From contig DAIDGV010000015.1 in the NCBI GenBank assembly GCA_027452205.1, positions 84,171 through 148,170 of the forward strand: a stretch of 64,000 bases of DNA, in the 5' to 3' direction. The DNA is from a candidate division FCPU426 bacterium (lineage in GTDB: Bacteria > Oederibacteriota > Muellerivitia > Muellerivitales > Muellerivitaceae). Below the pieces are notes generated by a model that did no database searches, was not told the DNA's origin, and saw only the letters and a list, made by a program, of their open reading frames with translations. Of the stretch, positions 28,209 to 35,894 are shown piece by piece; position 1 is the stretch's first letter; every line of letters starts with the position of its first letter. The position numbers and the translations under genes were made by a program.

Positions 28209-30340
28209 CGTGACACCACGATCTTCTGGAAGGTCGTACCATTACTGCCATCTTGGTAGTTCAACTTGACGCGGGCCAGATAAATTCCGGGAGAAAGCCC
28301 GGTGATATTCCACGAGGGTTGATAAGGACCCGCTGCGGTCCAATGGACCATCGATTCCCCCACCCAATCAAAAATATCCACCTGACAGGACAGGATTGGT
28401 TTGTCCGGGAATAGGATCAAATTCCCACCTGGAGCCACCGGCACCGGTCCCAACACCACTTTTCCTAATCCCGAAAGGTCCTGGGTAATGGTGGGCGTAG
28501 CACTGGGTGTGGTCAAAGTAGTAACGGTGTTGGTCTGCGTTTGGGTAGCGGTCGCCGTACAGGTGGCGGTATTGGTGTTCAGGGGAGTATTGGTCGAGGT
28601 TGGGGTCGAGCTGCTCGTGGCCGTGCTGGTCGAGGTCGAACTGCTGGTCTGGGTATTGGTGGCCGTCTGGGTCGAGGTGTTAGTGGCCGTATTGGTGCCG
28701 GTATTAGAAACCGTACTGGTAGCCGTATTGGTCGCGGTATTGGTCGAAGTGTTCGTTGAAGTGTTGGTCGAGGTATCCGTGGACGTATTAGTTGAGGTAT
28801 TTGTAGCGGTGTTGGTGGCCGTGTTGGTTTGGGTATTCGTGACCGTACTGGTGTTCGTGCTGGTATTGGTCGCAGTATTGGTTGAAGTATTAGTGAAAGT
28901 ATTGATGGCCGTATCGGTATTTGTGGCCGTATTGGTAGCGGTGTTTGTAGAGGTTTGGGTCGAAGTATTGGTCTGCGTATAGGTTACCGTATTGGTGTTG
29001 GTACTTGTCGCGCTGTTCGTGGCTGTGTTGGTCGCGGTGTTCGTCGATGTCGATGTGGCTGTCGCGGTATCCGTCGATGTATCGGTGCCCGTATTGGTGG
29101 CGGTATTTGTGGCGCTATTCGTCGCCGTGTTCGTCGAGGTATCGGACGATGTTGCGGTTTGGGTATTGGTCACCGTGTTGGTGTTGGTGGCCGTATTGGT
29201 CGATGTATTCGTGGCACTATTCGTTGCCGTATCGGTCGAAGTATCGGTCGAGGTGCCGGTAGCGCTGTTCGTTGCCGTATTGGTGGCCGTATTGGTAGCT
29301 GTCGATGTATCGGTGCCCGTGTCGGTCGCCGTATTGGTCGCCGTATTGGTCGAGGTGTTGGTCGCCGTATCGGTGACCGTACTGGTGTTCGTTGCGGTAT
29401 TGGTCGCCGTTGATGTGGAAGTGCTGGTCGATGTGCTGGTAGCCGTATTGGTTGAAGTGGCCGTCTGTGAATTAGTGACCGTCGCCGTGTTCGTTGCGGT
29501 ATTGGTGGCGGTCTGGGTGCTGGTCGCCGTGCAAGTATTCCCTTTAGGAGGGACGATGACGTAGGACTGGTTGTTATTGAAAAGTTGGTAGAACTGACCA
29601 CTGTTGTAATAGCCCGTCGCCCCAGCCGTACCTGTCAGGCTGATGTTCAGATAATACTCGACCAAAAGATAGTTACCGTTGGTGTTATAAGGCGGTTGGG
29701 ACGTCGTGAAAGTGACGTTGACACCCGGGTCCGTATAGTAGTTACCGCCAACGCCGCCGGTCTGCTGGGTTACCGGCGAACCGACCGCCGTGAAAAGTTG
29801 GGTCACAGCCGAACCGGTATAAGCGTAAACAGCCACCATTGGTTGATAACTGAAGGTCACCGAACCTGTGCCAATGAAGGCCGCGCCAAGGTTGTATTCA
29901 TAATTTGTGCTAAAGGTCCAGGTCCCGCCGCCAACGTCATAACCAATGGTACTGGGCATTTCCCAACCATAACCTTGGGCCGTTCCTGAGGGAGGCGTGG
30001 TATTCAACGCGGGACTATTGGTGGCACCCGGTTCGAATAAGTAATAGTTATTGTATGGAACTGTTAATGGGGAGCCAGAGGAACCGGCCAAGGGATAGAC
30101 GATCTCCGTGATCAGCGACTCATCAAAGGACCCATCTTGAGTCCCACCTGCGACAGTGCTCAGATCGTAATAATCAGTGCTGGCATGTTGGGGATTTGTC
30201 GTGCCATTGGTCAGGTAATAAGTGGTTTGAGCGTAGAGGGATGGGACCGTTGCCGAGAAGAGACAAAAAAAGGTTAAACGAATCGCCAAAAAACGATTCG
30301 AGCGGTTGGTGTAGATTGAACGGAATTTGTCGGCAACCAT
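28205..30340 (-). CDS. Secreted 711-aa protein: unknown N-terminal domain, 352-residue Thr-X array, T9SS-type/FlgD-Ig-like C-terminal domain
   Basis: Signal-like N-terminus ending SLYAQ. The C-terminus ...GLSPGIYLARVKLNYQDGSNGTTFQKIVVSR resembles Por secretion tail domains. Confidence 0.8.
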   Translation of the reverse strand: MVADKFRSIYTNRSNRFLAIRLTFFCLFSATVPSLYAQTTYYLTNGTTNPQHASTDYYDLSTVAGGTQDGSFDESLITEIVYPLAGSSGSPLTVPYNNYYLFEPGATNSPALNTTPPSGTAQGYGWEMPSTIGYDVGGGTWTFSTNYEYNLGAAFIGTGSVTFSYQPMVAVYAYTGSAVTQLFTAVGSPVTQQTGGVGGNYYTDPGVNVTFTTSQPPYNTNGNYLLVEYYLNISLTGTAGATGYYNSGQFYQLFNNNQSYVIVPPKGNTCTATSTQTATNTATNTATVTNSQTATSTNTATSTSTSTSTSTATNTATNTSTVTDTATNTSTNTATNTATDTGTDTSTATNTATNTATNSATGTSTDTSTDTATNSATNTSTNTATNTNTVTNTQTATSSDTSTNTATNSATNTATNTGTDTSTDTATATSTSTNTATNTATNSATSTNTNTVTYTQTNTSTQTSTNTATNTATNTDTAINTFTNTSTNTATNTSTNTSTVTNTQTNTATNTATNTSTNTSTDTSTNTSTNTSTNTATNTATSTVSNTGTNTATNTSTQTATNTQTSSSTSTSTATSSSTPTSTNTPLNTNTATCTATATQTQTNTVTTLTTPSATPTITQDLSGLGKVVLGPVPVAPGGNLILFPDKPILSCQVDIFDWVGESMVHWTAAGPYQPSWNITGLSPGIYLARVKLNYQDGSNGTTFQKIVVSR
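28481..29536 (-). repeat. Coding low-complexity array: about 176 consecutive Thr-X dipeptide periods
   Basis: Hand count of residues 269-620 gives position 1 of each period as Thr 163 times, Ser 10, Leu 2 and Ile 1, with no register shift. All four ACN codons are mixed. Confidence 0.85.
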
Positions 30341-30440
30341 TTGAAGAAATTAAATCACTTTTCATTAAGGCTGTGTAACTTAAGTGCTTGGAGGGGACTA
30401 AAAACGAACCTGAAAATGACTTTAGAGCTTAGGTGAAAGT

Positions 30441-31016
30441 TCAACCCGCACCCTGGTCCTGACGGACCACAAAATAGGCGCCTAGAATCAGCAATAATCC
30501 CCCCACCGCTGGGGCCCAAAGCCAGGCGAGCCCCGGCTGAAGGTACAAATTGAGCCAGGCCATATAGCTGACCGCCCAGCCCACACCCATGGCAAACCGC
30601 ATGGACCGTTCCCCCAACCGGGGGGATATCCAACCCGCCCCATAGGCGGCCATAGCGAAACCCACGCCAAAAAGATGGAGGTCGGCCATGTGCTTGATGA
30701 ACATCTCCGCGCTGTCACCCCGGGCGGAGATGAGCGCCAACCAAACAAAACACCATAAGAGAAGCCAAAGGATGGCCAAAAGGGACAATCCATGGGTGAC
30801 ATACATCCACGTTTGGTTATTTCTCTCGACCCACGAGGGTCTCAAAGACAACAGGATCGCCCCCACGGTCGCCGCGAAACCAAAAAGGATCAGGACCGCT
30901 GGCCACTGGGCCGAGCCATTCTTAAGGTCCGCCGCCAGGGGTTCGTTCCAAAAAACACCTGCCGTCAAAAGAAGCCCCAAAGCCCCGATGCGGTAAAGAT
31001 AGTATCCCCACTTCAT
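30441..31016 (-). CDS. Polytopic membrane protein, unknown function
   Basis: 191 aa from the ATG at 31016, which overlaps the truA stop as ATGA. About 6 hydrophobic segments. Confidence 0.6.
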   Translation of the reverse strand: MKWGYYLYRIGALGLLLTAGVFWNEPLAADLKNGSAQWPAVLILFGFAATVGAILLSLRPSWVERNNQTWMYVTHGLSLLAILWLLLWCFVWLALISARGDSAEMFIKHMADLHLFGVGFAMAAYGAGWISPRLGERSMRFAMGVGWAVSYMAWLNLYLQPGLAWLWAPAVGGLLLILGAYFVVRQDQGAG

Positions 31017-31801
31017 TCCGCTTCCTCTTTTACCCATTTTTTGATCTTAGGGAATTTTGTCGGATAAAAGACCTCGACCAGGAAAAGCCCGGTCGGCGGT
31101 AAGGTAGGACCCGCTTTCTTACGGTCTTTCGACTTGAGGATTTGTCTAATGTCCTCTGGGCGCAGTTTACCCAAACCAACGTACATCAGCGTGCCGCTAA
31201 GGATTCGGATCATTTGATGAAGGAAAGAGACGCCGGTATATTCCAAGACGATGTCTTTCCCCTGGGTCTTGATCTGGATCTTGTGTATTGTCCTTTTGGG
31301 ATTCGCCTTTTTTCCTAACGTGCCGCGAAAAGCGGTGAAGTCGTGGGTTCCTACCAAATACTTGGCAGCCTTACGCATAGCCGCTACGTTGAGCAAAGGC
31401 CGGACATGATGATAGGTATTGCGGTCGAAGACCGTGTAATCCGCCGAATTGCGGATGACATATCGGTACAGTTTTCCCTTGGCGTGATAAGTGGCATGAA
31501 AGGTATCCGGCACCACTTGAGCTTTCACGATACGGATGTCATGGGGCAAAAGACGGTTCAGGACATCCTGGATCTTGGCGACGGGAAGGTTGGAGCTGGT
31601 ATGGAAATTGGCGGTCTGGCCCAGGCCATGGACCCCGGCGTCGGTACGCCCCGCGACCAAAAGATCCACCGGATGGCCGCAAACATGTTGGAGCCTGTTC
31701 TCCAAAGTACCCTGCACCGTCTCGGCCTGGGCTTGCTTTTGCCAGCCCGAATAAGCGGTTCCATCGTATTCGACCGTCAGGCGGATGTTGCGGGTCTTCA
31801 A
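31013..31801 (-). CDS. truA: tRNA pseudouridine(38-40) synthase
   Basis: 262 aa. RLTVEYDGTAYSGWQ and GRTDAGVH motifs. The TTG start overlaps the upstream stop as TTGA. Confidence 0.9.
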   Translation of the reverse strand: MKTRNIRLTVEYDGTAYSGWQKQAQAETVQGTLENRLQHVCGHPVDLLVAGRTDAGVHGLGQTANFHTSSNLPVAKIQDVLNRLLPHDIRIVKAQVVPDTFHATYHAKGKLYRYVIRNSADYTVFDRNTYHHVRPLLNVAAMRKAAKYLVGTHDFTAFRGTLGKKANPKRTIHKIQIKTQGKDIVLEYTGVSFLHQMIRILSGTLMYVGLGKLRPEDIRQILKSKDRKKAGPTLPPTGLFLVEVFYPTKFPKIKKWVKEEAE

Positions 31802-34032
31802 GAGGCCTTCCTGTGCTCCTGGACCTCTTGCATCCGCTCGATCACGCTGACCCCTTTTTGCGCGATGGGTTCCTGGGGATTCAGGTTCAAGGCCGCTTGA
31901 TAGGACGAACGGGCGTCACTGTAATCCTTCATCCCGAAAAAGGCGTCGCCCAACCGGGCGTATAGATGCGGATCCCCTGTTCCGTTAGCCCGTTGCAGGG
32001 CCGTCTGGAAACTATTCACCGCGCTCTCGGGCCTTCCCAATGCCATATAGGTCTCGCCCATCATGGCGTAGATCCGTGCGAAGGTTTGGGGCTGGCGGTA
32101 CTTCAAGGCGTTCTCGAAACTCCATAGGGCGATATTGGGCATTTTGTTCACGAGGCAGAAATAACCGGTAAAATCGTAACCGATCCCGTAAGAATCCCGC
32201 ATGACGTCACTATATTCATCCCAATAACCACGGTCATCGGGATTCAAGTTCCTTAACCGGTAAGTGTCCCACAAAACATTCAACTCGCGGGTCGTGAAGC
32301 TATAGCTCATATCTTTAGTGGCGATGATGCGCCAAAGGAACCCCACCGGGATCGCCGGATCCTCTTTTTGCATCCAGGGGGCGGTGAAGATGTTGGTGAA
32401 GTAGAAAGACCGGTCTTTGGCGTGTTGGCGGATCATATCCTGGACCACCGTTTCGGGCCTCACATCATAGCCTACCGGCACCTTCAAGAAGGGCCACCGT
32501 TTGAACATGGGATCCCGGTACCAGTCGTAAGGGATAAGCTGCATGGTGAAACTGACCACCTCGGGCCTTTTCCCTTCCACGTTCTGAAGGTACCAAAGGG
32601 GCAGGATATCGATATCACCGTTACAAATGATGACCCCGTCCCGGTCGACCGTCTTAAGCATATTGAGCCCCTCGTCGTATGAGCTCACATAGCGGCTTTG
32701 GTCCACCGCTTGGTAGACCACTTGACCGTCCGGCCCGACCTTATCGGTCGCCATGTAATTGAGGATCAAGGGCATCAGGCCAAAGCTCAAACAAAAGGCT
32801 GAAGTGAAGAGCGGAACATAATAGTAAGGCCACTTTTTGGAGAGTCCTTCACAAAGACCCGCCATACCCAAGGCCGCGAATATAGCGATCACCAGGAAGA
32901 CCGGCGTGAAGAAGTTATCCAGCGTCCACTGATAACCTTCCAGAGGATTGTTGAAAAGAATGATGCCCCAAAAGACCCCGGCACCCAGAAAGAAGAAGCC
33001 AAGCGCGTCGGACCACTGTTTCTTTTTCCAGAACCAAATGAAACCAAAGATGGCCAAAGTGTAAAGAAGGAAGCTGAACCCGCCTCCGAACTGATGTTCG
33101 GCGTGCATCCAAAAACGCTTCACGTTACGGACAACAGTGACCATGGAACGCACATCGCCCGTACCCAAATAACCTTTCCGGATCACCGTACCCCATAACC
33201 GGTCCAAAGTTTGAGGATCCCACCAATTGATGATGGGGTTTTGGATGGCCCGTAACGGCAAGTACAAATAGACGGATAAAGCCAAAAGTCCAACGGTGAA
33301 AGCGCGAATGATATTCGCCATTCCAAAAGTGGACAGGACATTCCTGACCTTCTCAAAAAGATCGAAGGGGCGGAACAAAGAGCGGAGGATCTCCGGGAAA
33401 GGAACGCGTTTCTGCGAAGCGAAAAAGAACCATAAATAGGCTGGTGCCATGACGATTTGGTTCGGCCAGTGGTGGGTCAAGCTCATCCCGTACAGGAACC
33501 CCATCAAAAGGAATGATTTGATATACCAGCTCTTCTCCCTCATTTTGAAGAAAAGGAAGAGCATGGCCACGGTCAGCAGGGTGTTCAAGGTATAGATGCC
33601 GCCCTTTGCCCCACAGGCCTGGAACCATTGCTGATAAGAAAAAGCGAACACCAAAGCCCCAAAAACCGACGGGATCTCCCATAACCAAGCGCCCGGTTGC
33701 TGGTCTTCCGACAAGGTCTCCCCGCTCGGGGAGATAAAAACCTTTTGAAGCATCATTTTGAGGATCCAGTAAACGAAGACCACCGCCACGGTCGCGGTCA
33801 TCATGGAACTGAAGGTTACCCGCAGCATGGGCTGGCCCAGGGGCAACAAACAGTTCACGCGGCCCCAGAGGGTATGCAGGGGATACCCGGGTGAGTGACT
33901 GATGGTCAACTTATCGCAGACCATAATGGTCTCGCCGGAATCGTTGATGTTAAAGGAGGCGCAATGGGTCAGGAGATAAAAGAGGAACGTGAAGAAAAAG
34001 AGGAAAGCCGGGATAAGAGAAGGCAGTAACAT
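31798..34032 (-). CDS. DUF2723/TMEM260-like GT-C-fold membrane glycosyltransferase with a C-terminal TPR domain
   Basis: 744 aa. NDSGETIMVCDKLTISHSPGYPLHTLWGR matches the DUF2723 N-terminal motif from memory. Many TM segments. TPR repeats in the last ~150 aa. Confidence 0.8.
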   Translation of the reverse strand: MLLPSLIPAFLFFFTFLFYLLTHCASFNINDSGETIMVCDKLTISHSPGYPLHTLWGRVNCLLPLGQPMLRVTFSSMMTATVAVVFVYWILKMMLQKVFISPSGETLSEDQQPGAWLWEIPSVFGALVFAFSYQQWFQACGAKGGIYTLNTLLTVAMLFLFFKMREKSWYIKSFLLMGFLYGMSLTHHWPNQIVMAPAYLWFFFASQKRVPFPEILRSLFRPFDLFEKVRNVLSTFGMANIIRAFTVGLLALSVYLYLPLRAIQNPIINWWDPQTLDRLWGTVIRKGYLGTGDVRSMVTVVRNVKRFWMHAEHQFGGGFSFLLYTLAIFGFIWFWKKKQWSDALGFFFLGAGVFWGIILFNNPLEGYQWTLDNFFTPVFLVIAIFAALGMAGLCEGLSKKWPYYYVPLFTSAFCLSFGLMPLILNYMATDKVGPDGQVVYQAVDQSRYVSSYDEGLNMLKTVDRDGVIICNGDIDILPLWYLQNVEGKRPEVVSFTMQLIPYDWYRDPMFKRWPFLKVPVGYDVRPETVVQDMIRQHAKDRSFYFTNIFTAPWMQKEDPAIPVGFLWRIIATKDMSYSFTTRELNVLWDTYRLRNLNPDDRGYWDEYSDVMRDSYGIGYDFTGYFCLVNKMPNIALWSFENALKYRQPQTFARIYAMMGETYMALGRPESAVNSFQTALQRANGTGDPHLYARLGDAFFGMKDYSDARSSYQAALNLNPQEPIAQKGVSVIERMQEVQEHRKAS

Positions 34033-34043
34033 TCAGTATTCCT

Positions 34044-34078
34044 GAAAAAATAGTTCAGGGGCGCACTTAGCGCCCCTG
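34044..34078 (-). terminator. Rho-independent terminator after tpx
   Basis: CAGGGGCGC/GCGCCCCTG 9-bp stem with a 5-nt loop, followed by AACTATTTTTTC on the minus strand. Confidence 0.75.
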
Positions 34079-34091
34079 ATCCAGCGAAACG

Positions 34092-34607
34092 TCAGGCGTT
34101 GGCTTTAGCGGCGGCCAAGGCTTTGTCATAATCCGGGTGTTCGGTCACTTCTTTTACGTATTCAACGTGCTTGATTTTACCATCTTTTCCAACAACGAAG
34201 ATGGAGCGGGCTTCCAGGCGCAGTTCTTTGATGTGGGTCCCATAGGCATCTCCAAAGGCCATATCCCGGTGGTCCGACAGGGTCGTCACCTTGATGCCTT
34301 CGGCGCCGCAAAAACGGGCCTGGGCAAAGGGCAGGTCAGCCGTAATGGTGATGACTTCCACGCCCGCCGGCAAGTTGGCTTGTTCTTTATTGAAACGCTG
34401 GGTCTGCAAGGAACAGACCGGGGTATCCAACGAAGGGGCCACCGAGATGATCAGGGTCTTTCCTTTATAGTTGTCCAAAGTGACCGCTTGCAGGCCATTG
34501 TTCAGGACCGAGAAATTAGGTGCTGTGTCGCCCACCTTGACCTCGGGACCAATAAGGGTCAACGGATTGCCTTTGAAAGTGATCACGCCTTTACGTTCAG
34601 TCGCCAT
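34092..34607 (-). CDS. tpx: Thiol peroxidase (atypical 2-Cys peroxiredoxin)
   Basis: 171 aa. PSLDTPVC active site. Tpx-like throughout. AGGAG SD. Confidence 0.92.
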   Translation of the reverse strand: MATERKGVITFKGNPLTLIGPEVKVGDTAPNFSVLNNGLQAVTLDNYKGKTLIISVAPSLDTPVCSLQTQRFNKEQANLPAGVEVITITADLPFAQARFCGAEGIKVTTLSDHRDMAFGDAYGTHIKELRLEARSIFVVGKDGKIKHVEYVKEVTEHPDYDKALAAAKANA

Positions 34608-34621
34608 GTTCGTCTCCTCTT

Positions 34622-34639
34622 ATTCAAAATTCATAATTC
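34622..34639 (-). repeat. Copy B of an 18-nt AT-rich intergenic motif
   Basis: Plus strand reads ATTCAAAATTCATAATTC, between the asd stop and the tpx start. See also 117..134 and 42588..42605. Confidence 0.7.
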
Positions 34640-34656
34640 AAAATTCAGAATTATGT

Positions 34657-35736
34657 TTAGATGTGTCCTTGATGGATCAAATACTCCGCCACCAACATCC
34701 CTCCCTTGGCGGCGCCCATCTTAGTGTTATGCGAAACCAGCACGTACTTGATGCCATTCGGCAAGGCATGGTCCACGCGGATACGACCCACGCTGGTCAC
34801 CATACCGCCTTCCCGGTCCCTATCTAGACGCGGCTGGGGACGGAAAGGATCGTCGGTCACTTCGATCAAACGAGGAGGACAGGAAGGGAGTTTCAGGGCG
34901 GTAAAGTCTTTGGCGAATTCCCGCATTACTTTCTTAGCGTCCTCCACCGTTGCGTGTTTCGCCAGCGACACGAAAACCGCCTCGGTATGGGCTTCCAACA
35001 CCGGCACCCGGGTACAGGTCGCCGATACCGGGAAAGGCGCTGGGGCCACTTCCCCGTTCACGATGGTTCCTAGGATCTTTTGGGTCTCTTTCTCGACCTT
35101 TTCCTCTTCTTTCGGGATGTAGGGTACAACGTTATCGGTAATATCCAGGGCAATAACGCCGGGCGAACGGCCAGCGCCCGAACAAGCCTGCATGGAGGTC
35201 ATGATGACCTGCATCACACCAAAAGAGTCATGGAGGGGCTTCAAGCTCATGGCCAACCCGGTGGTGGTACAGTTCGGCACCGGAGTGACAAAACCCTTCC
35301 AGCCGCGGTTCTTTCGTTGCACCGCGATGAGCTGGTCATGATTTTGGTTCACGCCCGGGATGAAAATAGGAACGTCCTTCTCATAACGGAAAGCGGAGGC
35401 GGTTGAGACCACTGGGGTGGTCTGGGCATAACGGGGTTCCAGGTCCTTCGCCGCATCGGATTCGACAGCGGTGAAGATCAGGTCGACCTTGGTGGCATCC
35501 AGCTTGGCGGCGTCCTCCACCTTGATCTTGGCGAATTCGGGGCTGAGGGATTCTTGGCAGTACCAACGGAAAGCCCCATGAGCGTCGGTGATGGCATCTT
35601 TATAGAGTTTACCCGCCGACCGTTCGGAGGCGGCCAAAGCCACCACTTCGAATTGGGGATGTCCTGCCAGGGAAGCCAGGAATTGCTGGCCCGCTACGCC
35701 GGTGGCACCGATAACCGCTACTTTTTTCTTTGCCAT
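34657..35736 (-). CDS. asd: Aspartate-semialdehyde dehydrogenase
   Basis: 359 aa from the ATG at 35736 (MAKKKVAVIGATGVAGQ). Active-site PNCTTTG. Confidence 0.9.
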   Translation of the reverse strand: MAKKKVAVIGATGVAGQQFLASLAGHPQFEVVALAASERSAGKLYKDAITDAHGAFRWYCQESLSPEFAKIKVEDAAKLDATKVDLIFTAVESDAAKDLEPRYAQTTPVVSTASAFRYEKDVPIFIPGVNQNHDQLIAVQRKNRGWKGFVTPVPNCTTTGLAMSLKPLHDSFGVMQVIMTSMQACSGAGRSPGVIALDITDNVVPYIPKEEEKVEKETQKILGTIVNGEVAPAPFPVSATCTRVPVLEAHTEAVFVSLAKHATVEDAKKVMREFAKDFTALKLPSCPPRLIEVTDDPFRPQPRLDRDREGGMVTSVGRIRVDHALPNGIKYVLVSHNTKMGAAKGGMLVAEYLIHQGHI

Positions 35737-35784
35737 AGTCCGTTTCCTTAAGGAATCACTGCTAAAAGAGGGGAAAGAATAACA

Positions 35785-35853
35785 TATGGCTGGCTGAAAT
35801 CTAAATAGGATCCTTAACCAGCCAGCCATACCCAAATCCCTCGGGATTTGGGT
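35785..35853 (-). other. Two abutting perfect hairpins between the Thr-X protein gene and asd
   Basis: TATGGCTGGCTG (35785..35796) pairs with CAGCCAGCCATA (35819..35830). ACCCAAATCC (35830..35839) pairs with GGATTTGGGT (35844..35853). Confidence 0.45.
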
Positions 35854-35894
35854 ATCCGGGACAATTTAGCCCGAGAGACCTATAAACCGTCTTC

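Noticed and set aside
28481-29536. The possibility that the periodic DNA is a CRISPR array, or a slippage-prone microsatellite driving phase variation.
   Set aside because: There is no repeat-spacer organisation, and the periodicity is 6 nt within one long ORF. Thr codons and X residues vary continuously, so exact nucleotide repeats long enough for slippage are scarce. I therefore read the periodicity as protein-level.
28401-29564. Val-rich and Arg/Gly-rich ORFs (193, 190 and 152 aa and others) on the plus strand across the Thr-X array.
   Set aside because: They are mirror images of the ACN-NNN periodicity (NGT codons). The minus-strand ORF has a signal peptide, a globular N-terminal domain and a recognisable C-terminal domain.
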